DNA of 64,000 nucleotides from Amphiscolops sp. MND2022. Taxonomy: Eukaryota. The notes beneath the pieces are model-generated. The model was not told where the DNA came from. It ran no database searches and saw only the letters and a list, made by a program, of their open reading frames with translations. Shown piece by piece: positions 47,701-58,507 of the stretch. Numbering within the stretch: position 1 is the stretch's first letter; every line of letters starts with the position of its first letter. The stretch is taken from assembly GCA_964187785.1 (NCBI GenBank), contig OZ076409.1:2854001-2918000 (forward strand), written 5' to 3'. A program made the translations under genes and the position numbers.

Positions 47701-50700
47701 GTCGTATTTCCCCCCTGTCGCCGCTTGGGGTGCGGAATTGAACACATGGTCCAAAATAATTAACTTTCTGCTCTTATCATATAAGTTTTGTATAGAAGTT
47801 TTGTATAACTATCAAGTTTTAAATCGCTTTGGCTTGAGTTCGCAAATATGCAAAAACCCAAATGTGTATAGTTTGAAAAGGGGAATTTTAGATGTTTTGA
47901 TTTCGAAAGTGCAATAATAAAACACGTTCAGTATTCATACTTTTCCCTGAACTCTTTTCATTGAAAAAAATAGTTTTAAATAGCTTTTAGTACGAACAAT
48001 TTGGGATTTACTTTCAATGAAAGATTTTCAATGTGATTTAAAAGCAGATTGGAATTCTTAAACAAAAACAACGTTTTAGGTAATTTCACAGTGAAAAAAA
48101 AACAAAGAAAACAATCAGATAAGGGATGGACGTGGTTAACATGTGATGATTAAATTGAGGAAGTGCCTGGATTGAAGGCTGATACAATTAGGGTGTAGCT
48201 TATCCCAGCAACCAAATGGCCCCACGTGAACAAAGTCCCGCTTTCTTCTGAAAAAAAAGTGAAATATGTTTCTGAATGTTGAAGTTAAATAAAACTGGGA
48301 ATAAGATTGAAACTCAACTGTAATCATTTTTTGAATCTGCTTGGAAGTTTTCCATTTTGGCTATCATACATACAACGCTAACGTTTTACAAAATATGGAA
48401 CATTTTGGGAGCCTGTTTGGGAAACGTTTGTAGTATTACCATGCAGAGTCCACTTATTCAATCAAAACTAAAAACATTTCGACTTCTTCATCGTCTCGAT
48501 AACCTCTTATTAAGCCACGCTTGAACAGTCAATTGATTAACTTAACGATGCATTAACAGATTTAGTTATAAACAGTGCATTAACAGACAAAACAGTGCAT
48601 TGACAAATTGTTAATGCACTGTTAGAAAAGTTTGTTCACGCATAAGTAAGTTTGGCTTAAAATGATTTGGATCTCTTTCACTATGTCCCCCCTATGGTGA
48701 CTATTCAAATCGTAGAATATTCAAACCGTCGAAACACTCAAAGCTATTCAAAGCGTCGAAAGAATTCCATAGCAGCGATTATTTTCAGGTTATAATTTGA
48801 AGAGGTTAGCATATTTGTTGTATGGCTCGGTCGCTTCGCTGCCTTCGCCAAGTATCAACATTGAGGCATGGCCATATGGCACGTCGCTCCGCTTCGCTTC
48901 GCTCCTGCATTTAGGGCACTAGGAGTATGTGGACATGGCTGACTACCTTATCTTAATTAGTTCGTCGCTTGTGCTGTATTCATTTTACTGAAATTGATTG
49001 GCTCATTGAATGAAAGTTTGGTCACGTGACTATGACGCGCAGTTTTTACTGCGCGTAAACTGCTTTCGACGCTTTGAATATTCAACGATTTGAACCGTCC
49101 CCCCCCCCCCTATATCACTCGTTACACTATGTCCCCCCTAGAAAAAATAAATGTTTGTGGCTCATTTATTTTTATCTCCTATTGGCTAATCTCTCATGCT
49201 ATTCTGTCAATCAATTGATGTCGTCAGAACTAACGACACTTTTTATTGGTTCTTATTATCAAAATCCCAACTCAGCCAATCAGAAGCGTTCTTAGATAAG
49301 AGCAGATCTACGCTATTAGAATGTGCAATACATGTATTTAATAGCGTTTCACTGTGTCCCCCCTTTTTACTGTAGGGGGATTAGTGAAAGAGATCCAGAC
49401 TGATTATTCGATGGCTTGTTCACGCATCTCGAAAATCATTTCAAACTAATGAAAACTACTTCAATGAAATTGATTTCTCGATGCATGAACAAGCCATCGA
49501 TTAACCAGTACTTCACATTTAACTTTCTGCAGTAGCAGCTAATGTAAGGTAGATTGGTGATGTAATCACGTCAAATTGCACGCTGAATACGATGCTACAA
49601 AAAACTTTTATAAAAACTTTGAAACTTGAGACTTTGAGACTCAAGTTGATTTGCATCGAAATGCCGCCAAATTAGATAACTGCTCTACTAAATTTTCTAA
49701 AAAAACTCCGTTGCTCAAATTACCAAAATACAAAATTCAAATCCAAATACCTTTAAATTGTCACGAATACGAAAACTTGTCAGCAAGAATTTTTTATTTT
49801 CCAAAAAAAACTTGTTTGAAAGTTATTCGTCAAAACTACCAAATTTTTGAAGATGTAAATAGCGACAGAACTTAATCAAATTTGTTTTTAGTCGGCGCTT
49901 TTCTAGTGAAAAGTGCCCGACTCTTACAGTGGCCAGTTTTTAGTCGGCGCTTTTCTAGGGAAAAGTGCCCGACTCTTACAGTGGCTAGTTTTTTTTCTTT
50001 TTTTTCGTCAGACTACAATCTCACTCTGATTGGGCCACTTTTCTTACAATCGAAACTACTAAAACTACTAGCATAAGAGGCCAAGTCCTGTCAGCGGAAA
50101 TTAGTGCAAAAGGGTCCCCCTTTCATTTTTTACCTTTTTTACGTAACCTACAAAACCGGAAGAGACCAAAGGGCCCCCCTTTCAATTCTTTTTTGGCACT
50201 GTGCGAAATTTTTTTCGAAAATTTTTTAAGGTCTCAAAAGAGTCCGCCCTTCGAGTTTTTTGATATTTTGCAACAAAATGTATGTTAATAAATCCCAAAG
50301 GGTCCCCCCTTTTCATTTTTCGGCACTATGCGACATTTTCGAAGTTTTTTCAAAAAAGATTTTCCAAAAAATTTTCAAATTTCATTTTGTTCCCAGTCGG
50401 GAAACAGTGATTTTCCAGTCATATAGAGCATGAAAGGCACACTTTGGGTGTGTCCAAAGTGTTTTCAAAGCTTTTCATGAATACGTCCTGAGCATATTTA
50501 GAAAACTTTGCGCTTCTTGAGCCTTAGATATAGCGCCGACTTTAGACGTTCCCGTCTTGTTTTCCTTTTTTTCGTCAGACTACAATCTCACTCTGATTGG
50601 GCCACTTACAATCGAAACTACTAAAACTACTACCATAAGGCCACTTCCGGTCAGCGGAAATTAGTGCAAAAAAATCCCCCCTTTCATTTTTTACTTTTTT

Positions 50701-53700
50701 AACGTAACCTACAAAAGAGGACTAGACTAAAGGGTCCCCCTTTCGATTTTTTTTTCGGCATTGTGCGACTTTTTTTCGAAATTTATTTAATGTCTCAAAA
50801 GAGTCCCCCTTTCGAGTTTTTTGATATTTTGCAAGAGAATATATGTTAATAAAGCCCAAAGGGTCCCCCCTTTTACATTTTTCGGCACTATGCGACATTT
50901 TATGAAAGAAAAAAAATTCAAAAATTTCAAGTTTTTTTTTCAAAAATGTCTTTTGCGCTTTTTGAGCCTTGGATATATCGCCGACTTTAGACGTTCCTGT
51001 CTTGTTCCTCAATATTTAAGAGGTTGAAAAAGATTTCTTCGAAATGTTCAACTAGTACTTTTCCTGGTATCTTTTGATTAGAGAACTTTTCAAACCCCAA
51101 CTTTTATAGCCTATCTTAATACATGTATTACAGTGCTTTTAGTGAGAAAAATGATTATTTTTGTTCAAAACAATGTCTCAACCAAGAACATTCAATTGGT
51201 TTGGGAGATTATAAGGAGTCTCAGTGAAATCGAAAAATTTTGAGTTACAATTTCATTTTTTCTTCAAATAGACGAGGAGTATCAAACAATCATTTTTGAA
51301 ATCTCAGTAAAATTTTAGGGCACAATTGGGAATGACAAATGTTTGTATTTGTGAAACTTTACGAAATAATTTGTTCTGATTTTTGCCAATTTGGGCAATT
51401 ATTTTGCAATATTTTAGAGCGCTACTGTGCTGCAATTGTGTAAGAACTTTGAAAAAACTGAACCTTATTTGGAAAAAAAAGTTTGGACTGCATGTAAACA
51501 AAGCTAGGATTTTACATGGTGATTTTTTCATTCTCTATTTTACTCATGAATTTAAGGACTGGAAAAACAAATTGACTCGATTTGTCTTTCCAGTCCTTAA
51601 ATTCATGATTAAAATAGAGAATGAAAAAATCACCATGTACAATGCTATCTTTGTTTACATGCAGTCCAAATTTTTTTAAGGCGGTTTAATTCGGAATGTT
51701 TAGGATAATGGGTACAACCGCCTTATTTAGCAGATTCTCCTGATATTATTTTTATAAGTAAAAAATGTAAAACCGAAAATACAATCCCCAATGTTTGCGA
51801 AAAATAGCTGTGCCACACGTATGAAGATAGTAAATCAAATGAAATAATAGAAAAAAACTTTCAAAAACTATATCATGCCAATTATTTTCTTGATGTGAAA
51901 TAGTTGAATGTCTTCAGTATTTGAAGAATTACTTGCCAAATACACAAAAGTTCCAAATTAGGTGTCAAAGATTATAAAAATGACCAAAACGATGTCCCAT
52001 ATGCCAATATACCACTACTGTAATACAATAAATGAAAAATGAAATTAGGAAGTTTCTGCATTATTTGCAAACCTACATTTCAAGTGCCCAACAAAATTTT
52101 AGAAAGTTTGTTTATTTGATTTTCAAATAACTCGGATGATAGCAGAAATCAGAGCTAGTTTTGTTTTGGTCCAATTTGGTCCAACAAATAAAGGTTCAGT
52201 TTATTTCTTACTCTATTTTACTGTATTGCCTGATAAAACATCATGGCGCCGACTCGCCGCACGAGCAGCCTAAAGGTAGCATTAAGTGATGTATTACTTG
52301 ATTCTACCTTTAGGCAGCTCGATAACAATCAATTAAAACAGATTATTAGTGCATGGAAATTTCCGTGAGAGTTCTAGAAAATTTGCTCGACAATCTAAAA
52401 CATTATGAGGAAAGTTTAGCCCTAAAAAGACGAGAAAATTTCCAAATCCATGCAAACATCTGGTGCCTAAGCTTGAAATCGCAATATCTTTCTATTTATA
52501 GCGTGTTTGAAAAACTTGCTGACTGTCTAAAGACTTTGCGCCAGAACCTTGCACGCCTCGTGTCTCAAATTGCATTTCGGCATGTTTCAAAACTTGTTAG
52601 GGCTTCGACCCAAGCTTTTTACCAGTGGGAAATGTGCCCACGAACGGAAACGGGAAAAACCGAAAACCTGCACTGTTTTTTCGCGATTTTCTTAGTCCTT
52701 ATTCCTTAGTTTTAGAAACATCAAGTCAATATTTCGTGAAAACGCATGCAATGCTGTGTAATATCGTCTAAAAATGATATTTAGAGTTTTGTTTTTTTCC
52801 ATAAGTTCAGCTTTAAGAACTCTTGCAGAATCTAACTGACACGAAATCGTACCATCGTCCATTTAGGGTTAAGCTGTTTCAATCACGGCAGCAGAGATAT
52901 ATTCCGCGTATCTGCGAATCTTTGATTAATCTTGAAATTACTTTTCATTTTTCCTAAATACTATTCAAAAATTGAGACCTTTTGCGATATTTGAATTTTA
53001 ACTCATTTGTCAATATTTGTTCCCAATTTTAGACTTTTGGCAGTCGCACTTCTTTTTTTTAATGTGAGAGTCTGGTATCATTATTTGTAGTGAACGTTTG
53101 ATGATATTCTATTCGAAAGAGTAAATACAAAATTGGAATACTTTCTTCTTCATGAACTGCAAGCAGGTAGACTTGTAAGTTTTTTTGCTGGAAAGTGAAT
53201 CCGCAATAAAAAAAAGTTTGTGAATATCTGGCTAAAAAGTGACTCTGAGCAAAAGTGACACCCTGATAGTGCCATAATCTCGACTACTAATTGGAAATGA
53301 GCTGTCGACGCGAAAACAACAGATAAGTGAAAATATCGCAGACCCTAAGTTGAAACTTCTTCAGCAAAATGGAATGAAAACATTGATTGTATGAAAATTT
53401 TGCTTCCATTCGTAACAATTCGAACTTTCGGAATGCTTAAGAAAACAACTGATTTCAAATTCTATAAATTGCGGAGCCTTCACTCTCAAAAATTGGTCCG
53501 TTGAAATTCGACGAATCACTAATTTTCACAAATGATTGTGTTCCCTAAAATTCGAGATCAGCCGTTTTAACTTCATTCTCTTTAGTTAACTACGAACAAA
53601 TCTACAGAGTAAAATTTATAATCAAATTACTCACGGTCAATGTAAAATTTTCCTCTTGACCCCGAGATAATTTTGAAGTATATGACAGGGTCACTATCCG

Positions 53701-54134
53701 GGTCAACTGCCGAAAAGGTCATGACCTAAAAGCAACATTTTTGCATGTTTTGATAAAAATTCGTAATCGAACAGTTTTAAATTAAAAATCAATTTTGACT
53801 AATTAATAAAATAATTGAAACAAAGATTGAGATATACTCCACTGTTTGAGCCCATAAAAACATCTTTCTTCAATTGTTCATTTCACATTTTTCACTTCTT
53901 TTTCGATGATTGAGCTTTGATGATTGTAACCGCGATTTCTTCAAACGATGATTTCAGAGAAATATATTTCTATGTTTAAACTGTTTTCAAAGTTGTCTAT
54001 AAAACTATTTAAAAACAATTAGTCAAGTTTGGGATGTAAAAAACCTTCACCTCGCTTCCATAATATTTGTCGTCGGGGACAAAAAGTTCTTGCGGAGTGT
54101 CGTCTGCAAATGTGGGTCTTTCGTCATTTATGTC
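23755..54134 (-). CDS. Host cadherin-repeat gene (Fat/Dachsous/protocadherin-type ectodomain), partial. Exons 54051-54134, 53635-53725, 48167-48247, 47034-47222, 44673-44779, 25272-25491, 23755-23975
   Basis: Phase-compatible splicing gives DINDERPTF...VMTFSAVDPDSD...FYIDQESG...VFAIDSETGEI...NSAPQFVKDRYDVTLPD...VFAVDKDPG...FDIDANEGLI...AASDNGRPP, i.e. cadherin Ca-binding motifs. Gene continues beyond these exons at both ends. Confidence 0.88.
23985..24330 (-). repeat. Degenerate copy of the HINE-like repeat family (see 49890-51006)
   Basis: Reverse complement ends TTGAGCCTTAGAT...TTTAGACGTTGCCATCTTGTT, like the copies at ~50560 and ~51005. Confidence 0.65.
24765..25220. mobile_element. MITE-like element
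   Basis: Terminal inverted repeats ACCCATGTTGA / TCAACATGGGT; internal GATCTGTACAGAT subrepeats. Confidence 0.5.
26747..29111 (+). repeat. Element C 5' LTR (2365 bp), contains the first 133 gag codons
   Basis: TGTCACAG...CGTAACA, near-identical to 40102-42036; TATAAATA 28576-28583; AATAAA 28691-28696; 52-bp-period duplication ~27497-27592. Confidence 0.95.
28712..30154 (+). CDS. gag: Element C gag (480 aa from ATG 28712)
   Basis: MSTTRSQKRK start parallels element A MPSTRRQKAK; FDGKSEKLELFEDLF; knuckles CFYCNKFGHYKAEC and CDTCGKPHKTEDC. Confidence 0.93.
   Translation: MSTTRSQKRKNTQREVDDNVSEGFVSPINMENSCLLDQNVELAGPSRPKSPRVENSFLESIRSSLNEEITSEIRALLLESQKEMLKLLRSETKENARDEASEELGNETRNLYTPTKTVRINPTQNEDPSIFRNMVTGVLNDSTNQPKRAKVRSQSQPPSKERPIAARTLFAPDKTSATTLPMPKALTASLPTFDGKSEKLELFEDLFRNNIKMYPHLTELQKINYFHSLLRGDALQAFCNIEDSKKDSLDDIMTKFKRRFGDYLSMAKARCEWDALKFDPSTQKLHEFLDVLQKTAKEAFGSEAQQFIDKAIYAKVPDHVKKILNRAYLEDKPYNDIVLHLEREMRLNGLGAPDEVTLVPLNKIELAQAKTEPKPAENTAQTTKKGYCFYCNKFGHYKAECRKMKRDKWMQTRRNNGPSNHSAGKPPKCDTCGKPHKTEDCWNGANAAKDPRPKRHNTQERKMDTSATQPMNQQEDESKN
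29112..29124 (+). promoter_or_regulatory. Element C PBS (TGGTGACAGGAGT, tRNA-Leu-like), inside gag coding sequence
   Basis: Begins exactly where identity with the 3' LTR ends. Confidence 0.88.
30145..30151 (+). promoter_or_regulatory. -1 frameshift heptamer A_AAA_AAC (element C) followed by a GC-rich stem-loop
   Basis: TCA AAA AAC TAA; -1 frame open to ORF 30514; TACGCC...GGCGTA can pair just downstream. Confidence 0.88.
30145..34915 (+). pseudogene. pol: Element C pol, inactivated
   Basis: LVDSGA protease; +1 frameshift at ~30965; RT motif YVDN (32201-32212) instead of YVDD; ~54-codon in-frame deletion at ~32962 removing the RNase H ADxLSR motif relative to element A. Confidence 0.93.
35164..38984 (-). 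pseudogene. Antisense spliced accessory gene of element C, homologue of 770-5059, disrupted. Exons 38858-38984, 38361-38732, 38025-38258, 37226-37812, 36713-~37095/37143, 36497-36578, 35164-36396
   Basis: Phase-compatible GT..AG introns; Zn finger FHCMICQRDVSMESRGPAEFARHFFGKRH; blocks align with the element A protein. Deletion/frameshift near 36970, frameshift near 35560; acceptor at 37096-37097 reads AC (in-frame alternative AG at 37144-37145). Confidence 0.82.
39030..39450. promoter_or_regulatory. Candidate divergent internal promoter of element C
   Basis: Between head-to-head ORFs; four TGACGTCA (39038, 39155, 39206, 39257), CCAAT boxes, 51-bp tandem repeat, six spaced palindromes. Confidence 0.6.
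39498..40205 (+). CDS. Acidic S/E-rich sense ORF (235 aa) ending inside the 3' LTR; SIM-like motif
   Basis: AAGATGA start context, uninterrupted frame, LIDISSSSEEE near the N-terminus; no env-like signal peptide or TM segment. Confidence 0.6.
   Translation: MNNLLDIYELIDISSSSEEEGEITRASTPLPRANKEYPRIIVEILNSSAEATADEEEFLDLSLDSLESECKRMKLSEPYTSFETVESGQYPQSESPEEIVMAASPESPDESLSSDIFVVETSANDKESITSSKVAEYLGKVHQEDASSYFSTPTRTPKKINLLQASPLNDLERRVQTNTTTPTIASLLRAPGSVNLLTRAALSQPVPGLACGCRRLKIGRGHGSNLRFPKSFFNW
40102..42036 (+). repeat. Element C 3' LTR (1935 bp)
   Basis: Copy of the 5' LTR lacking ~450 bp (28153-28603) and 8 bp, with ~29 bp extra; carries the gag N-terminal copy from ATG 41637. Confidence 0.95.
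42841..44212 (+). pseudogene. Degenerate LINE (CR1/L2-like) ORF2 fragment: APE endonuclease and start of RT region
   Basis: IALTETWL, VIFGNFNTD, TISDHFSV, AVTKRDKLF, KAFNECLKIGIF..LNIAKV across several frameshifts; ends at a (TA)n tract ~44216-44236. Confidence 0.8.
45612..46210. mobile_element. MITE with ~190-bp imperfect TIRs (Tc1/mariner-like CAGT ends)
   Basis: CAGTAGCGTTCT...AGAACGCTACTG followed by TA; arms ~45612-45800 and ~46020-46210. Confidence 0.75.
48669..49397. mobile_element. Nested MITEs
   Basis: Outer TIR TGGATCTCTTTCACTA / TAGTGAAAGAGATCCA; inner inverted pair TTCAAATCGTAGAATATTCAAA / TTTGAATATTCAACGATTTGAA (~48705-49094). Confidence 0.7.
49408..49500. repeat. ~93-bp foldback element
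   Basis: TCGATGGCTTGTTCA / TGAACAAGCCATCGA termini. Confidence 0.65.
49890..51006 (+). mobile_element. HINE/DINE-1-like (Helentron-associated) non-autonomous element with tandemly duplicated 3' part
   Basis: 5' subterminal repeat AGTCGGCGCT with adjacent partial inverted copy (duplicated, 52-bp period); 3' AGCGCCGACT, then AGACG-TTCC-CGTCT hairpin and T-run at ~50532-50563, repeated at ~50978-51006. Further copy ends ~44553. Confidence 0.62.
51482..51670. repeat. Near-perfect ~190-bp palindrome (foldback MITE)
   Basis: TTTGGACTGCATGTAAACAAAG...CTTTGTTTACATGCAGTCCAAA; arms pair up to a ~7-nt loop at ~51573-51579. Confidence 0.9.
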
Positions 54135-54895
54135 CTGAAACCATGCAAGTTTCAGAGGGGGGAATAGATCCGAAACTAAGTGTTGTAACGAAGCTACAGT
54201 TTGGCTAAAAATTATTCAAGGAACTTCTATTTACGAAAAATTCAATGGAAAAATCAAAATATATCGACTGTTTTACCAACTACCAAAACTGCCCTCAAAT
54301 CCTTTGATTGAAAAAGTTTGAGGGTTTAACGCACGCGCTGAAACCCCTTAGATGTGTTCTTTTGGAGCGTAATTCTGATTATTACCATTCTTACCAAAAC
54401 CGTGAGCAGTATTAATGAAATTCATTCTAGCATAAGTTATTTATAGTTTATTTCTGTTCCAAAGAAGAATTATTTTAAATGACGCTTCATTAAAATAGTT
54501 TGGCCGCTCGAACATTTAGAGGTTTGAGGTGAGATTAATGCAATATGCATCCAAATTTAGCCATTCGTGAAACGTGAAAAGAGAAAGAAAAGAGATCTTT
54601 ATACGATTCAAATCATTTCACGACATTTATCACGTCGATTTTACATTGATTTGAACCCAACAACGTTCCCGTTGGCTAACGATCGGAAAAATTCTCCTAT
54701 TTTTCTATAACTAATAAAACATCAATGAGAACGCGATATTTTTTATCATCTATCATGCACTTAAAAACGTGACATGTAAGTTATGATACTGTGCATGGTT
54801 CATGCTCTTGTGACATGCTCAAGCAAAAAGAGGCGAACTACCTTCCGATCAAGGAAGCCGATCAAAAGCGAAATATTGAAATAGAGCAAGAGCAA

Positions 54896-55330
54896 TATTG
54901 ATGGGGAATTCCCACACAGCAGAAGTCTCAAACAGCAGAAAATGAAAATTCGGTCCCATTCAGAAGAATATTTCTTTATGCTGCAATCTGATTGGCTGAA
55001 ATTTCAAATCGAATTGAATTCACTATGATGAAAACGCGTGTCAGATTTTGTCGGAATTATTATTATAACGTAGTCAGATATGTTCACATACCCCCAGTGC
55101 CCTAAATGCAGGCGCGAAGCGAAGCGGAGCGACGTGCCATATGGCCATGCCTCAATGTTGCTACTTGGCGAAGGGAGCGAAGCGACCGAGCCATACAACA
55201 AATATGCAAACCTTTTCAAATAAATCAAGTTTCTACATACTGGCTGTAACAACACTAAAAGCTAGTAATTTGAATTCTGCTGTATGGGACCGAATTTTCA
55301 TTTTCTGCTGTATGAATAGGCCCCATATTG
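54896..55330. mobile_element. MITE-like element
   Basis: ACAGCAGAAAATGAAAATTCGGTCCCAT / ATGGGACCGAATTTTCATTTTCTGCTGT inverted repeats. Confidence 0.65.
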
Positions 55331-55405
55331 ATCATTATATCATTTTCATCGTCCGTAATTTTAATCGTCCGCATTGCAGTTTCGTATGGCATTAGAGAGT
55401 CTAGC

Positions 55406-55604
55406 TCAATTGGACGACCGCTCAGCTAACCGATTGATATATTGGATGACTATCAGCTGTTTCTAAAATATTATTATTGGTTGATTCAGCTTGCTGACAG
55501 ACTCCGATTACGTCATCATTACAAGTTGAGAGCGGAACTGAAATTGGAATGCGTGCAAAATCGATCAATTGCACAGTCGTCTAACTGAGCGGTCGTCCAA
55601 TTGA
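55406..55604. mobile_element. MITE-like element
   Basis: TCAATTGGACGACCGCTCAG / CTGAGCGGTCGTCCAATTGA inverted repeats. Confidence 0.7.
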
Positions 55605-55748
55605 ACGGTTCCCCGCATTAGAAGCAATTGGTCAAACGTTCAACTGGCCGACTTTGCCGTTAGCTGAACCGATTGAATATGATTGGATGTCCGAAAAAGT
55701 ATTCTCAGTTTTGTTATGCAAAAGTTAGATTGGTATCAAAAGTTTGTT

Positions 55749-58338
55749 TGTGAAGACTACTCGAGTTTTGTATTTATTATTTCCCATTTGAACGGATATC
55801 AAAAGTGAAATGATAAGGAATCAAGACAATCAGCTTCATTTACTGATCTTTGTGAAAATCTTTCCAAATTATAAACTTCGAGTTAGGGCTAATCCCGCCA
55901 ATCTGAAACTTTTTGTTGGCCAATGACGCAGTCGGTCAATGACCTAACAACCAAATCGGGAGCGGCCCAAGTCGCGGCACGTCTTCTAAAATTTACTGAA
56001 AAACATTCATGAGAAAACTCCAAGTGATATAACAATGCCGTAAAACCTCAACAAAAAGTGCAGTGGCACTGAGACATTTTTCGTTCATGCTCTTCTAAAA
56101 CGCCACCTCAATTAACTCCCCCACATCTCCCCCAAACTAGCTCCCCCTAAATTAACTCCCCCAAACTAGCTCATAAAACTTTGCATATAAAGTCCCAAAA
56201 TGGCAAATCATTAAAGGTAACCCTTTTTGTCCTGAAAATGACCGAAATTAGTCGCGAATAACGTTAATGCTTCGTCGAATAAAAAGCAAATATTGTTGTT
56301 AGTATTGTCGTGTGCGACTATGGCAAATAAAAAGAAAGAAACTTACCGTGAAAACACAAAAAGAAATAAACTCAAAACTTGTAATATATAATTTTATCTT
56401 TTGTAACTTGCGCAGTTTTATCTTTATTATTTTCTCGCTTAGCTCTGAATTTTGAACACGCTCGAACGTGTTCACTCCCTTGTTCAGCTCAGCGACGCTG
56501 CACACATTCCTTATTTGGTCATGACGTCAAATGACATCATTTTGTCGTGCACGCTACGCCTGCGGATAACACATACAAAACGCTTTCGTTTGTATAGTCA
56601 TTTGACTTGACGTCATATGATGTCATGCTCGTCAGCCAATCACGATAGTGATTCGATTTTATTGGCGGACGAAGCGGTCAAATTTAGTATAAAAGCAGAG
56701 CGAATTTTCAACTCTCAGAGCTCTTCTTTTGGAATAATACTAAATCGACAAACCCGACCACTCCAACCTCTCAATCTCTTTGCACGAGTTCAACTCCCAT
56801 CATCAGCGGGGCGCAGTAATTGTTAGTTAAAATCTTTTTCAATTTTCTTTTCGGAGCTTTCATTTTCGCTTTCATTTTTTTTCTAAGTCTTTTTCTTAAT
56901 TTAAACTTAAATTAGCAAAACTTAAAATTTTACAAGTCTTGGCTCAATTCTATCTTTGATAATTCTCAACGTTGCTTCAAGTAAAGCAATTCTAACTTAT
57001 ATTTTTTGTCAAGCCTGCTTCCTAGCTGAAGCAAATTCTATCTTTGACAATTCTCAACGCTGCTTCAAGTAAAGCAATTCTAACTTATACTTTTTGTCAA
57101 GCCTGCTTCCTAGCTGAAGCAAATTCTATCTTTGACAATTCTCAACGCTGCTTCAAGTAAAGCAATTCTAACTTATACTTTTTGTCAAGCCTGCTTCCTA
57201 GCTGAAGCAAATTCTATCTTTGACAATTCTCAACGCTGCTTCAAGTAAAGCAATTCTAACTTACACTTTTTGTCAAGCCTGCTTCCTAGCTGAAGCAATT
57301 TTGTCTTTGACAATTTTCAATACTAATTTTCGAGCCAAAACATTTTCAAGCCTGCTCTTAAGATAGAGCAATCATTCTCTTATGTTGGAGTTTTAGTTGA
57401 CTTTTGACTTCGAACAGAAGCTATTATACCGTCTTTGTTCAACAAAGATTGAATAGTCCCTACTTTATAGTGGACTTTAAACCAAAGTCTGGTGATATTC
57501 ACTGACTCTAAACTAAAAACCACAGCCTCAGATGGGTTATAAGAGACTTAAACTACTTAGCTATTGTCTGACTCTTCAAGCCGGACCGTTCTCAATTTGA
57601 GACAAAGAGTAGCCGTATAGCGCTCTATAAAAATAGTACGACGAAGCGTTGTTCTAAAACCAAAGGATAGCGATTCGCTGCCTTTCCCAGTCCGTGACAA
57701 TCGGTGGACTATAAACGCCGTGCAAGCCATTAGCTGCACTTTAGAAGAGAGGTTCGCCCTCTGACTTAATAAAATAAAACATAGTAAAAACTTTACGGCT
57801 TATCCTCTGATAACTTATTTCAATAACCTTCCCTAGTGACTTAACTTATTTCATTTAAAGATTGATATTAAACTAGATTTAGTTATATTTTGTTTATTTA
57901 GCCTAATTTGTTTGTTTTGCTTTTGTATAACTGATGTCTATTACAACTTTAGTATAAATAGAGAAAGATTCAATTCACCTATTTCTGAATCCAAACATTC
58001 TTTTCTCCCGGGTCGTAACAATAAAGTCCTTCCAATCGAACTCGCGCCTGAGACGACATTTGTTGAAGTGTAAGGAAGGCACAGTCGCGGAAATTTTAAG
58101 TACCAGCATATTTTACTTTTTCGAGCAGAAAAATAGAAGAGAAACAAGCTAAGAGTTCACGAATTAGACGATAATTGAGGCTTATAACTACCGAAATTCA
58201 AAGAGAAAAACTGAAGGAAGAAAATCACTAATTTTGAATATTCTTAGAGAAGTTTTCACTAATTGGAAAAAAGATATAGATTCATCAATCTTCCTACCAA
58301 CTTAACAAGCAACGGTACAAATTAACAAGCACTTCACA
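55749..58338 (+). repeat. Putative 5' LTR of element D (~2.6 kb)
   Basis: TGTGAAG...CTTCACA termini, PBS 3 nt downstream, TGACGTCA/CCAAT/TATAAAA cluster ~56520-56695; second LTR not in window. Confidence 0.5.
56946..57320 (+). repeat. 88-bp tandem repeat, ~4.3 copies
   Basis: Units start at 56946, 57034, 57122, 57210, 57297 (partial). Confidence 0.95.
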
Positions 58339-58341
58339 AAC

Positions 58342-58358
58342 TGGTGCGACCAGTGAGG
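58342..58358 (+). promoter_or_regulatory. Element D PBS (TGGTGCGACCAGTGAGG; tRNA identity uncertain)
   Basis: TGG after ...CACA-AAC; TGGTGC-N5-GTGAGG pattern of tRNA 3'-end complements. Confidence 0.65.
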
Positions 58359-58370
58359 CAAACCCAATTC

Positions 58371-58493
58371 ATGATAACTTTGGAAGACCCGGACTACTCA
58401 CTAATCTGGTTTCTGATTTTCTACCATCTTGTCACTAGTTTTATTACACTTGTTGTAAAACTAACTATCTGGACGATATCAACGCACCTCTAA
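58371..58493 (+). CDS. Leader micro-ORF 1 (40 aa), predicted single TM
   Basis: MITLEDPDYSLIWFLIFYHLVTSFITLVVKLTIWTISTHL; below ORF-track cutoff. Confidence 0.55.
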   Translation: MITLEDPDYSLIWFLIFYHLVTSFITLVVKLTIWTISTHL

Positions 58494-58507
58494 AATAACT
58501 GAGGTCT

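Noticed and set aside
53240..53345. Possible additional cadherin exon
   Set aside because: No clear cadherin motif, and flanking exons already join in phase into a complete repeat.
44300..56500. Short ORF-track calls in AT-rich intron/MITE sequence
   Set aside because: Low-complexity K/F/I-rich translations within repeats; no coding signal apart from the cadherin exons.
56946..57320. CRISPR-like regular repeats
   Set aside because: Whole units are near-identical with no unique spacers; eukaryotic LTR context.
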